A DNA stretch of 64,000 nucleotides, from contig JBHGNT010000011.1 in NCBI GenBank assembly GCA_043228905.1, forward strand, positions 4,464,001-4,528,000, given 5' to 3'. Below, one piece after another: positions 11,620 to 23,180 of this stretch. The translations under genes were made by a program, and so were the position numbers. The notes beneath the pieces were generated by a model that saw nothing but the letters and a program-made list of their open reading frames with translations, did no database searches and had not been told where the DNA came from. How positions within the stretch are numbered: the stretch's first letter is position 1; the number at the start of each line of letters is the position of its first letter. This DNA is from Azolla caroliniana (lineage: Eukaryota > Plantae > Polypodiophyta).

Positions 11620-14600
11620 ACTCTCAATGAGTCATCATGGACGATCAACCAAGAAAATCTGAAAATCTGGAATGGATACTAGTACAATAACTTGTACCCA
11701 CTAATGGCGACCAGTCCAGAAGGGGTCGTGAACATAGACTAATCGTGGGGGTCAAACCTATGGCATGGCCGACTCAGTCATATGTAACAAGCCGGACTAG
11801 ACTGGCTGATTGTGATCGGCTACATCCCGAAACTCCAGTCGAAAATGAACTTTTGAGAGCATTGTCATTATGGGAAATAGACCCGAAGTGCGCACTCTCT
11901 CCACTACGAGATGGTACGACAACCCCTAGAACTGGTCCACACCGATATATGTGGGCCGATGCTTGAAAGGAGGAGGCTCATGGTACTTCATCATATTCGT
12001 AGATGATTGTAGTCGGAAAGTTTGGGCCTTTTCAATTAGGTCAAAAGACGAAGCATTGGAGGTCTTCACTTGCAGGATAGTCAAAGTGGAGAACTGGACA
12101 GGATACCGAGTGAAGACACTCCAATCCGACAACGGAGGTGGATACACCTCCTGAGCCTTCAAACAATACTTGTCCAACAAAGGGATCTAGCATCAACCGG
12201 CTCGAAGTGCTAGAGGGACTATGGTTAGGCAAACCTTTGACCTACAACAGGGTCCACATATTTGGATGCGAAGCCGATGCCTTCATACCCAGGGACAAAA
12301 GGACCAAGTTGGCACCCCATGCAACAAAGTGCATATTTCTTGGTTATGGAATTAATGGGGAATTCGGCTATAGATTATGGAACCCAGAGAACTGGAATTT
12401 GATCCAGAGCAGTGATGTAGTCCTCAATGAAGACTCCATTATGTCCTCGAACCCATCCCAGCCTAAGAGAAGTGGGAAAAAGGTCTCCTTCGACGAAGAT
12501 ATTGTAGAAAGACCGACCGACCAGACTGAATTGGCGATTCGACAAACAGTCGAAACCGACCAAGCCAATCCCCCTGCCAAATTTGAATCGGCAAGCGGTC
12601 CACTAGTCAAATTCGATTCGACTAAGCGATTGACAGGTGGTGAAAATGACAGAGTTGAAATGACCAAACTGCCCAAACAGGCTAAAGGGCCAAAAGATAG
12701 AGCCGAATTGGATAACACACTAATCCCTTTGTCAATCAATCCCGAAGAAGGGGGGGATGACCAAACACCGCCGAAATCCCATTGTAGGGGTGAGTCATCC
12801 TAGAGGACTCCTGAAGATGGTTCAAGGAATACTGATAAACCAACATAGATGATTGAAGAATCCGAACCAAACAAGTCAGCACCCATGAGATCTAGACGAG
12901 TCCAAAAGTCAACAGGGTTTTACCAATAGGGCCTTGATTACGTCAACTACACGAACGCAACTGAACCAAGATCCCACGAGGAAGCTATATTTGTGCGGAA
13001 TGTGGACACATGGCTACAAGCCATGAGATCTGAAATGGACTCCATACATGAGAATCACACATGGGAGTTGGTCGAATTACCAGCCGGAAGGAAGCCGATG
13101 CCTTGCAAATGGGTCTTCAGATACAAATATGTATCTGATTCGGAAAAATCCAAATACAAAGCTCGGCTCATCGCAAACGGATTCAAACAAGAACACGGGG
13201 TTGACTATGACGAGATATTCTCAACAAGAGTCAAGGTGACGACCCTTCGACTTCTACTAGGGGTCGTGGCAACTGAAGTCCTAGGGGTCAAGAATACCCT
13301 ACGCATCGGCTGTAGGAAGTCTCATGTACGCAATGGTGGCGACCCAACCAGACGTTGCATATGTCGTAGGGGTTGTCAGTTGATACATGTCAAAACCTGG
13401 ATGGAAGCACTAGGAGGCTGTAAAAAACATATTCCAGTACCTATGAGGCACCGAAGACTTGTTGTTGATATTCAAATCGGATAATCCGACCGAAGTCCAA
13501 GGCTTCATGGACTCTGACTATGCCGGAAATCGGGACAATCGAAAGTCGACATCAGGTTATGTCTGCATCTATGGTGGTGGCGCCATATCTTGGAGGTTAA
13601 AATTACAAGACTGCACGACACTCTCGACAATAGAGGCCGAATACATAGATATATCAGAAGCAACCAAGGAAGCCATCTGGTTGCATCGACTATCGGTTGA
13701 CTTTTCGGCTAAAGGCCGAATGGACCATCTGGTGGCAATCCTCTATTGCAACTCACAAAGCACAATACACCTCATTAGGAATCCGATATACCATGCTAAG
13801 ACGAAGCATATTGAGGGGAGGTACCATCACATTCGGGAGCTTGTCACTAACAAGTAGCTCGAAGTCCAAAAGTGGATACCGAGGTGAACATTGCCAAGAG
13901 CTTGACAAAGCAACTCCTAGATCAACACTTCAACGCACTAAGAGGACATATGGGACTACAACAAGCGACTGAGCAAAGAAGAGCCAAAAGGAAAGTAGAA
14001 GGTACGTCAAAGAATGGCATGACTAGACAAGTTGAAGGAACCAACCAGCCTGAAGGTTGAAGATGCAGTTGAATGCAAAGGAACCGAAAGCCGATCAACG
14101 ATCCATTGGAAATCACGGGAAACAATGCGCACGAAGAGCTGACGACAACTTAAAAGATGAAAGGTCAAATCGAGTATTGTTTGATTCAAACATCAGCCGA
14201 CTCGACAAGAATTAGAACAAGACAACTTGATCTCTACCTAATCGGCCACCAATCGATTGGCTTGTAACATACATTATAGTTTAAATTTAAGTTGTAATTT
14301 AAGCTTATAGGGGAGATAATCTGATATCATTGTATGTAGACAGAGTAGTCCTTTTACGGGGGAGTTTGTTGGGATAAAAGTCCCACTCCGCCCACCTTGT
14401 ATCTCTAGTGTGAACACATATTTAACCTAACTACATAAGTGGGTTACTTACCTTGTAAAGATAGAGTTTGAAGGTTAATGTAAGATAATCTCTTGTTGAG
14501 CATCTGTGTGTGTGTGTGCAACTGTCTACTTTCATCTCTTGAATTTCCTCACAGTGCATATCTTTATCTTGATCACTACTTGTGTTGTTTGCTAGACTTA
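11620..14600 (+). mobile_element. Degenerate, internally deleted Ty1/copia (IN, partial RT, RNase H, PPT, 3' LTR from 14367)
   Basis: Motifs YFIIFVDDCSRKVW, KCIFLGY, WELVELPAGRK, DSDYAG, TKHIEGRYHHIRE. PPT gggggag precedes TGTTGGG at 14367. LTR end uncertain. Confidence 0.85.
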
Positions 14601-15789
14601 CTGATATGTCCTTAATCTCACTTCCGCACCAACCGTTTCTTCAAGGCACTCGAGGAAAAGGTGTGCATGCAAAGGTGGGAAATCTAAATCCCACTCCTCT
14701 AAAGAAACCAAGTATGAAATGTGGTACTTCATGCTCACTATTCCTGAAATTTCGGCGCTCCTATCCTCTTTGGTCAAGTCTCCCGTGGTTCCACTTACGT
14801 TTCACATGCATGCACGTAACTTCGCGACAACATAAAACCTTATCTTGCCCAACTTGTGCTTTAATGTTCTATAGTTTTTGAAGAGGAGTAAAACTAGTTT
14901 TCACTGTATTTTCTATTAGATGCAAGTATGATTTTGGCAAATAATGCAAACTATTGGAGATGAGGCCATCAATGCAAAAATAGAAACACCATCATAGTGA
15001 CAGTGAAGATCAACAAGTTGATAGATTAAATCAAGATGAACAACCAAAGACAACTTGATAAAGATCAAAATCAAGGAAACACAATGCGAGAGAGAGATAG
15101 AGAGTCACACAATGTAAATGTCTTATTCAAAACGTTACAATATAAAGAATGGCAACAACGCGTACAAACTAGTTACAAACTCAGTTATATACAAATTGAG
15201 TTAGGGCAACTGCCCTTTGATCATATTACAAATATGTCCTAGTTGTAGAAAATAGCGTGCGGAAGCAAGTATAAAGACTGAACAGAAGGGAGGAAACTCA
15301 GGTTTAATGGAGAGCTTGAGCTTACACGGTGTACGCAAGAGAGACAGAGAGAGAGAGACACAAAAAACTATATTCAATAATAATACTCAGTCTGTATTCA
15401 CCACTCTATACACATGTGTGTTCCATGAACACTTTTATACAAGTCCTAGAAGGACTGACAGAAGCACTGACACTACTCTAATGCTCATCAAGAGCTCCTA
15501 CACTAACTCCCAAATATATTCCTCACGGAATATCTTTCCTAACGACTTCCCGGTTTACACACTCGGCCTAACCGATCGGTCCCAACCGATCCGGTCCTCG
15601 GCTTCTTCAGCCGATCCGGCCGATGTTGAGCTTGTCTCTCAACACTCCCCCTCAAGCTCAACTTGAGGCTCTTTGGGATCTTCACAGCGCCGGTTCCTCC
15701 TGGCTTCTCGCCTTGCTCGCGCTCCTCGACCTGTTCGACTACGCGCGCTTCGACCCTTCCGGTCGGCTTGTCTGCTCATGTGGCCCTTA

Positions 15790-18700
15790 TCAGCTCTTCT
15801 GCTGTTGCGGTGTCGACGCTTCTCCTGCTGCCTTTTCTTCCGCTTGGGCCTCGATTGATTCAGCGTATCCTCGGTACTCAGCTTCGGTGCTCGACAGTGC
15901 AACTATCGGCTGCTTCTTACTGCTCCATGCGATCGCGGCACTCCCGAGGGAGAACGCGTATCCGGACGTGGATCGGCGATCGGCGGCGTTGCCAGCCCAA
16001 TCAGCATCGGTGTAGCCGACTAGCTGCGTGGCTGCACCAGTCCGATATAGCAGTCCACGGTCCTTAGTGCCGCTTACGTACCGCAGTACGTGTTGCGCAC
16101 ACTGAAGGTCGGGTCGCGCCATGAACTGACTGATCACCCCGACTCGATAACTGAGGTCGGGTTGGGTGATGGTCAAGTATATGAGGCTTCCGACAATTTG
16201 TCGGAATCTCGTCGGGTCGCATACCTTTCCCATATCGGGACGAAGCTTGATGGTTCTGTCCAGAGTAGTTGAGACGGACTTACAGTCGGCCATCCCGAGT
16301 TTGAAGAGCATACCCAGCACGTAATGACGTTGGCTGATCAATATGCCTTCGGGGGTACGGATCACTTCGATCCCGAGGAAGTAATGAAGGTCCCCCAGAT
16401 CCTTCATGTCGAACGATGCCGCAAGCTGGAGCTTCACGTGGTCGATTTCACCTAGGTCGGCGCTGGTGATGACCAAGTCATCAACATACAGTAAAATACT
16501 AACCGGTCCAAGTCGACCTTTCCGGATGAACAGGGAAGAGTCCGATTTTGACGTGACGAAGCCCATCCGACGCAGTTGTTGCGTGATCTTCACGTTCCAG
16601 GCACGCGGAGCTTGCTTCAGTCCATAAAGGGACTTCTTCAGTCGGCATACTGCCGAGGAGTTCGTTCCGGAGTGAAATCCGGGGGGCTGTACCATGTACA
16701 CCTGTTCCTCAAGGTCACCTTGCAGGAACGCATTCTTTACATCCATCTGATGTAAGTGCCACCCCTTCGCCGCAGCTACTGCGAGTAAAACACGGACGAT
16801 CGTCATTTTCGCGACCGGCGCAAACGTCTCATCGTAGTCGATGCCGTGTTTCTGCGCGTAGCCCTTTGCCACTAGCCGAGCCTTATACCGGTTGACCGAG
16901 CCATCAGTGTTGTACTTGACCTTGTACACCCACCTACACCCGATCGGCTTCACACCCTTCGGTGCGTCAACCAGGTCCCAGGTCTCGTTCTCCGCCAATG
17001 CGTGCATCTCTTCCTTCATCGCGGCACGCCAATTCGCGTCTTTAGCCGCTTCTGCGTAGCTCTCCGGCTCACGCACTTCCGCTACACGGGTCATGTACGC
17101 ATAGTGATGCGCCATGTACTCGTTGTATCCGAACCGCAAAACAGGATTCTTCTGGCAGGTAGATCGGCGTAACCTCACATTAGCCGATGTCGAGGCCTTC
17201 TCGGTCGACGCGGTCTTCACCTTTAAAGACCCATCACCGGTTCCCTCAGAGTCGGACTTGCATCGGTCTGACTCGTTCCTTTCCATGCCGGAATCCGACA
17301 CCTTGTTCTTCCCTTTCTCTTTGCGCATAAGCCGTCTCCTCGGCTTCCTGCGTGGGGAATGCACGACCGAGTCTCCACTACTCGCCGGCTCTTCATTGGA
17401 CTGGTCGTACCGACTCAGTCGTCCAATCGGTCCACTTAACCGGAGTGAAATCGGACTCTCTTCACGGGTCTCGATTTCGGGCTCATCCGGAGGCATCTCG
17501 GCTTCGCTGACCTCATCATCAGAGCTCGGATTGGAGTTGGGGTTCGGAGTCGGGGGCTGGTACCAGGACGCGGACTCGTCAAACACAACGTCGCGGCTGA
17601 CACGCGCTTGTTTGGTGCGAGGGTTATAGCACTTATAACCCTTCTGCTCGTCCGAGTAACTGACCAAGATGCATTTCTCGGCCTTTGCGTCCAGCTTCCT
17701 CCTTTTCTCCTTCGGTATATGCACATACGCAATGCTACCGAACACCCTCAAGTGTCGCAAGTTCGGCTTCGTTCCGAAATATAGCTCGTGCGTCGACACT
17801 TTGTCTCCGATCCGGTTCTGGATGTATACCGCGGTCCTTACCGCCTCGGCCCAGTAGAACTTGGGCAAGCTCTTCTCCTCCAGCATTGCCCGTGCCGCTT
17901 CCACAACTGACCGATTCTTCCTCTCGGCCACGCCGTTCTGCTCTGGCGTGTATCTACAACTGAATTCGCGCCGAATTCCCATTTGTTGTAGATAACCGTT
18001 GAATTGACCGGAAAAGTACTCTTTCCCGCCATCCGACCGCAGGCACTTGATCTTTCGTCCCGTTTCAGTTTCCATGAACCCTTTGAGGTCCTGGAAACAG
18101 TCGAAGACTTCGCTCTTCCTCTCAATGAGGTAGATCCACGTGTGCCGCGTGTGGTCGTCGATGAAGGAGATGAAATATCGGCTCCCGCCAAGACTAACGT
18201 TTTGTGCCGTCCCCCATACATCGGAGTGTATAAGGTCGAGCTTGTTCCGGCTCCGGTTTCGCTCGTTCGGGAAAGGAAGTCGGGGTTGCTTCCCGAGCTG
18301 GCAGGCTTCACAAATTTGTGCCTTTCGGCCACTAAATTTGGGCAATCCGAACACTACCTGTTTCAATTGCAGATCTTGAAGCCGCTGGTAGTTGACGTGG
18401 CCTATCCGCTTGTGCCACAAGTCGATGTCCGACTTGGTCTTTTGTCCCTTCGCGAACATTGCGGTGCCGCCGTCAGTGGAGTCGAGGATGAACATCCTCC
18501 CGTCTCTGCGCCCTTGCGCGATCACACGGCCTTCTTCCTCAATGAAGCACCCGAGGTGTGTAAACCGAACCTCCATCCCTTGGTCGACGATCTGTCCGAC
18601 CGAGACCAAGTTCTTCGTGATTGTCGGAACGTGCAACACGTTCATGAGTTTCCCTTTCTGCCCGACATGGCTAAGGGGAACTTCTCCGACATTCGCGATC

Positions 18701-18798
18701 GGATGCGGAGTGTCGTCTCCTGTTGCGACTACTTCAGGTTGTATCGGTTTTTCAAGGTATGAGAACCACTCCTTATGGCTCGTCATGTGGTTTGACGT
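15790..18798 (-). CDS. Copia Pol (protease C-part, GAG-pre-integrase, integrase, RT, truncated RNase H)
   Basis: 998-aa ORF with LWHKRIGH, DLIHSDVWG, NGVAERKNR, YVDD and YTDADWAG. RNase H is cut after STEAEYRG. Confidence 0.93.
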   Translation of the reverse strand, partial: TSNHMTSHKEWFSYLEKPIQPEVVATGDDTPHPIANVGEVPLSHVGQKGKLMNVLHVPTITKNLVSVGQIVDQGMEVRFTHLGCFIEEEGRVIAQGRRDGRMFILDSTDGGTAMFAKGQKTKSDIDLWHKRIGHVNYQRLQDLQLKQVVFGLPKFSGRKAQICEACQLGKQPRLPFPNERNRSRNKLDLIHSDVWGTAQNVSLGGSRYFISFIDDHTRHTWIYLIERKSEVFDCFQDLKGFMETETGRKIKCLRSDGGKEYFSGQFNGYLQQMGIRREFSCRYTPEQNGVAERKNRSVVEAARAMLEEKSLPKFYWAEAVRTAVYIQNRIGDKVSTHELYFGTKPNLRHLRVFGSIAYVHIPKEKRRKLDAKAEKCILVSYSDEQKGYKCYNPRTKQARVSRDVVFDESASWYQPPTPNPNSNPSSDDEVSEAEMPPDEPEIETREESPISLRLSGPIGRLSRYDQSNEEPASSGDSVVHSPRRKPRRRLMRKEKGKNKVSDSGMERNESDRCKSDSEGTGDGSLKVKTASTEKASTSANVRLRRSTCQKNPVLRFGYNEYMAHHYAYMTRVAEVREPESYAEAAKDANWRAAMKEEMHALAENETWDLVDAPKGVKPIGCRWVYKVKYNTDGSVNRYKARLVAKGYAQKHGIDYDETFAPVAKMTIVRVLLAVAAAKGWHLHQMDVKNAFLQGDLEEQVYMVQPPGFHSGTNSSAVCRLKKSLYGLKQAPRAWNVKITQQLRRMGFVTSKSDSSLFIRKGRLGPVSILLYVDDLVITSADLGEIDHVKLQLAASFDMKDLGDLHYFLGIEVIRTPEGILISQRHYVLGMLFKLGMADCKSVSTTLDRTIKLRPDMGKVCDPTRFRQIVGSLIYLTITQPDLSYRVGVISQFMARPDLQCAQHVLRYVSGTKDRGLLYRTGAATQLVGYTDADWAGNAADRRSTSGYAFSLGSAAIAWSSKKQPIVALSSTEAEYRGYAESIEAQAEEKAAGEASTPQQQKS

Positions 18799-18900
18799 TG
18801 TCGTAGTGTATTTCGTACACTACGTGAAAAAGTAAAAATAATATAACCGATTTAATTACATATAAATAAATAAAATAAGAAAATCAAGATATTTATCACG

Positions 18901-18967
18901 TGCATAGGGCAAGATTTGAACCTTGTACCTCCACGTAGCCAAACCTCAACTTTACCATTATGCTACC
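18901..18967 (-). promoter_or_regulatory. tRNA-derived Pol III A/B-box cassette in LTR (second copy 21390-21456)
   Basis: Reverse complement reads TAGCATAATGGTAA...GAGGTACAAGGTTCAAATC with tRNA spacing, followed by TTTT about 25 nt downstream. Confidence 0.7.
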
Positions 18968-19706
18968 TTATCTTTAGTGTTTTATAAATAGATTTAATAA
19001 CTATAAGTGCTTTATTTGCGCCTACCTTTATTAAAAGGTAAATCATGTATTTTTAGAGTGCGTGAATATTTTATAGAAAAACGCAAGCGACTAAAAAGTG
19101 ACTCATGCACATCTAGCGTGCATGAGCACTATATTTAGCAAATAAAAGCAAGGATTAGAAAAGCATCACATGCACATTTAGTGTGCATGAACATATTAGA
19201 AAAAAAAGCATGTAGCTATGCTTAGTCTCTCCCATCACTACATAAGGATGGGGAGCACAATGTAATAGGTGTGTGAAAAATATTTGGGAAATTGGATATA
19301 TTTCCTAAAACACCAACAATCAATAAAATATACTCGTGGGATTCACGAAGTTTAAGATAATCTATCTCTTTCAATCTAAATTCATATTCTTACATAAATA
19401 TTGATTAATGTAATACTTGTGGGATTCACAAGGTTTGATCTCTTTTCTCAATCTACTCTAATCTATTCTAAATTATTTCAATTTATTACTACGATTTAGA
19501 TAAACTAAAACAATTATACTTGTGGGATTCACAAGTTTCTATATCTCTTTCTTATAATCTATTCATATTCATAACTAGATTAGCCTCAAATTCTTCCTCC
19601 TCCTAGTCCAAAACCCCGGTGGTTCCCACCCGACTCATGCAAACGATCCGGAGCCGAAAGGCACGACACAGTTGGTGAACCCGACGTGAAGGCGGGTGGC
19701 AAGGAG

Positions 19707-21335
19707 ATGGAGAATCAACAAGAGGCGATGAACATGATGATGATGATGTTCGAGAGAATGCTACAAGAACAACGCGAGATGTCGGAGATCACGACAGTAG
19801 TACAACGGCTCGTGCAACAGAACGGGCAATTCGATGGAAAGGACGTGTCACGCTATCTACGTGACTACAAAATGGAGATGTTGCGATATGGTATCTCAGA
19901 AAGATTGCAAGTGTTATCTTTCAACCGGGTGGCTACGGATGAGCTTCAAGAGAGAATCCACGAGATACGACAACAAAGCCCGATGTGGGAGTCCTTTGAA
20001 GAAGCTATACGAGACACATATGACTATCTAAGACCGAAGCGGACGAGGACATGGTCCACGAACGGCGGTCAACAGTGGGTGAAAAGCGGCCACCGACTAC
20101 CACCGAAGGAGAGCTTGATGCGGAAGGGTTCGGAGATGCATGAAAAGTCGCAAGTCGACATTGAAGGGGAGCTTAAAACCGAACCAAAGTTGAGGCCAAC
20201 AAAGGACGAGGAGGAGGAAGATCGAGGACGAAAGGGTATCCCCACACCGGTTCCAGAGACTTCGGCGGTTGTGCCCGTGCACCAACGTGAGACCGGAGAG
20301 ACGGAATGTGTCGGTGGAAAAGTGGAGGACCGGAAGGGCAACGAGGAAGACAAAGTAAATGAGCACGAACGAAGGGATTCCTTCACCATTGTTTCGGAGA
20401 CTTCGGTACTGGAGCCCGGGTGTCGACATAACACCGAAGATAAGGAAAGTGGCGGCAACGAAACGAAGGTCGAAGCCGATGCATACGAAGGAGAGATAGC
20501 CAAGGAGAACATGGCTATGGGTGAAACAACGGAAGATGATAATACCGAGGATTCCTACCCACTAATTCTAGAGACTTCGGCGGTTGTGTCCGAGAACCAA
20601 CGTGAGACCGGAGAGACGGGAGGTGGCAACAAGGAAGGTAAAGTCGGAAGCCGGTTCGGATGGAAGATGATCCGTCTGAAATTCCGATGTAAACAAAAGC
20701 ATGACAACGCGAAGGTCGGGTCTACGATGGGAGAAGCATGTAATACGGAGCACGCACTACGGCACCAAAAGAAGCACGTGCTACGGCGTAAAGAGAAGCA
20801 CACGCTACGGCGCAAAAAGAAGCACGCGCTACGGTGCAAAAATAAGTATGCACTACGGGGTAATACGGCGCATGCACTACGATGGAATACGAAGCATGTG
20901 CTACGGCCTAATACGACGCATGCGCAACATCGAGAAATAAAGCATGCATTAAAGCCGCACAAGGACCTAACAGCGAGCGCGTATTCGGAGGTCGACATCG
21001 ACGCGTGGGTAGAACCTACGGAAGACAAGCGCGGAGTGGAGAGAGACAACACACCGAGATGCTCAAGAGTACCACAAGGGACCATGACAACCACTCATGG
21101 CAATGCAAAGAATGAACAAAGAATATGGTGGATCGGATGGCGACAATGGTTCGGGTGGAAAGAATGGGTCTACTCAAAATGGAGAGACAAAGTTGACATA
21201 GCGGGACAAACGGAGGATGAAGGGGAGACAACGAGCATCGGCAACTTCGGCACATACCGGAGGATGTGCGGGTTCGGAGGGGGCGAGTGTCGTAGTGTAT
21301 TTCGTACACTACGTGAAAAAGTAAAAATAATATAA
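19707..21335 (+). CDS. Gag-derived protein with acidic PETSAVV repeats, 8-aa basic repeats and a Trp-rich motif
   Basis: N-terminus (QNGQFDGKDVSRYLRDYK...WESFEEAI) aligns with the Gag of the gypsy at 36595. No pol domains. The ORF ends inside the 3' LTR. Confidence 0.8.
   Translation: MENQQEAMNMMMMMFERMLQEQREMSEITTVVQRLVQQNGQFDGKDVSRYLRDYKMEMLRYGISERLQVLSFNRVATDELQERIHEIRQQSPMWESFEEAIRDTYDYLRPKRTRTWSTNGGQQWVKSGHRLPPKESLMRKGSEMHEKSQVDIEGELKTEPKLRPTKDEEEEDRGRKGIPTPVPETSAVVPVHQRETGETECVGGKVEDRKGNEEDKVNEHERRDSFTIVSETSVLEPGCRHNTEDKESGGNETKVEADAYEGEIAKENMAMGETTEDDNTEDSYPLILETSAVVSENQRETGETGGGNKEGKVGSRFGWKMIRLKFRCKQKHDNAKVGSTMGEACNTEHALRHQKKHVLRRKEKHTLRRKKKHALRCKNKYALRGNTAHALRWNTKHVLRPNTTHAQHREIKHALKPHKDLTASAYSEVDIDAWVEPTEDKRGVERDNTPRCSRVPQGTMTTTHGNAKNEQRIWWIGWRQWFGWKEWVYSKWRDKVDIAGQTEDEGETTSIGNFGTYRRMCGFGGGECRSVFRTLREKVKII
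20741..20956 (+). repeat. Coding tandem repeat, 24 bp x about 9 (xKHALRxx)
   Basis: Units such as taaagagaagcacacgctacggcg. Confidence 0.85.
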
Positions 21336-22161
21336 CCGATTTAATTACATATAAATAAATAAAATAAGAAAATCAAGATATTTATCACGTGCATAGGGCA
21401 AGATTTGAACCTTGTACCTCCACGTAGCCAAACCTCAACTTTACCATTATGCTACCTTATCTTTAGTGTTTTATAAATAGATTTAATAACTATAAGTGCT
21501 TTATTTGCGCCTACCTTTATTAAAAGGTAAATCATGTATTTTTAGAGTGCGTGAATATTTTATAAAAAAACGCAAGCGACTAAAAAGTGACTCATGCACA
21601 TCTAGCGTGCATGAGCACTATATTTAGCAAATAAAAGCAAGGATTAGAAAAGCATCACATGCACATTTAGTGTGCATGAACATATTAGAAAAAAAAGCAT
21701 GTAGCTATGCTTAGTCTCTCCCATCACTACATAAGGATGGGGAGCACAATGTAATAGGTGTGTGAAAAATATTTGGGAAATTGGATATATTTCCTAAAAC
21801 ACCAACAATCAATAAAATATACTCGTGGGATTCACGAAGTTTAAGATAATCTATCTCTTTCAATCTAAATTCATATTCTTACATAAATATTGATTAATGT
21901 AATACTTGTGGGATTCACAAGGTTTGATCTCTTTTCTCAATCTACTCTAATCTATTCTAAATTATTTCAATTTATTACTACGATTTAGATAAACTAAAAC
22001 AATTATACTTGTGGGATTCACAAGTTTCTATATCTCTTTCTTATAATCTATTCATATTCATAACTAGATTAGCCTCAAATTCTTCCTCCTCCTAGTCCAA
22101 AACCCCGGTGGTTCCCACCCGACTCACGCAAACGATCCGGAGCCGAAAGGCACGACAACGT

Positions 22162-23180
22162 GCCGGAGTCTACGTACCACACCTCGTCCGATCTCGGGGT
22201 GCTTTGTTTCATTGAGTTTGCTTCGTGTCTCATCACGAAGACAGACCCTTCTCCGGCTCTCCCGGAGTCTTCGGCGTAATGCGGTCGCTGCCGATTTCCC
22301 TTGTGGGTATGTCCAGAGCCGTTTCCGGAACCAGTTCTCTCCAAATCGGCACGCGTCTTCCAGCACTCACTTTCCCTGTGGCCTTTATTGCCACAGTACC
22401 AACACCCCGCGATGGCCTTCCCTTGCCGGTTCTCATCGCTTCGACTCCCCCTGTTTCCGGAGGGTCCGGAGTTGCTGTTGGCATCACTTCGGTGCCTTCT
22501 TCCTTGATCTCGTTGGCCGCCTTCATTGCGCCCCGACTCGCCTCGTCCTCCACGTCCACGGGGCCTATCTCCCTCCGTGTACAACATTCTGTTGTCGGTG
22601 TGCGTGCTCGTCGACGCACCCGCGTGGTTCTCCTCTACCAGGAGCATCGACTGTAAGTCGAAAAAGGACGGCGTATTCTCTCGGGTACACACAGCCGTTC
22701 GGAACGCTCCGAACTTCGACGCCAAACCTTCGAGACAGAGCTGAACCATCTCGCTCTCCTCGATGTTCACGTCTATGGAGGCGAGGGAGTCGCAAATATC
22801 CTTGATCTTCGAGGTATAGTCCGCCACCGACAAGTCGCGTTGTCGTAGGTTGCTCAACTCCTGTCGAAGCTGAAGCTTCCTGGCTGTGGTGCTTGCGGCG
22901 AAAATCTTCTTCAGATTTTCCCACGCACCCTTCGGCGTCTTTGCATCCCGAACATAGCTCAATAGTTGTTCGCCCACACACGACGCGAAGCAGTACAATA
23001 CCCTGCTCGCCGATTGCTGCCACGACGGGAAGTCTCTGTGTGTCAATTCGGGTGCCGCGTCATTAGCTCCTTCGACATAACTCTAGTAGCCGTGTCCGAG
23101 CAGGTACTGGTGCATCTTGTAGGAACAAGACGCGTAGTTGGTTCTGTCGAGCTTCTCTGTTGGAAGCGAGCTCGCCATGC
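22162..23180 (-). pseudogene. Copia Gag (CCHC knuckle) and protease N-part of the 15244 element
   Basis: AWENLKKIFAAS, CWYCGNKGHRESEC and WYVDSGT. The 5' part is disrupted. Confidence 0.88.

Larger units (their letters stand above)
18799..22157 (+). mobile_element. Non-autonomous Gag-only LTR retroelement (TR-GAG-like), LTRs 18799-19668 and 21288-22157, tRNA-Trp PBS, 4-bp TSD ACGT
   Basis: 870-bp near-identical TGTCG...CGACA LTRs. PBS tggtgaacccgacgtgaa at 19673-19690. PPT ggagggggcgag. ACGT at 18795-18798 and 22158-22161. Splits the host protease motif DSGT|SNHMT. Confidence 0.93.

Noticed and set aside
17114-18835. Long antisense ORFs over copia pol (also 20069-21094, 27035-27661, 35698-36336)
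   Set aside because: Shadow ORFs of GC-rich coding sequence with no recognisable domains
18901-18967. Functional tRNA genes in the LTRs
   Set aside because: Anticodon and acceptor stems do not pair properly. Only the A/B boxes and their spacing are kept, so they are reported as promoter-like cassettes.
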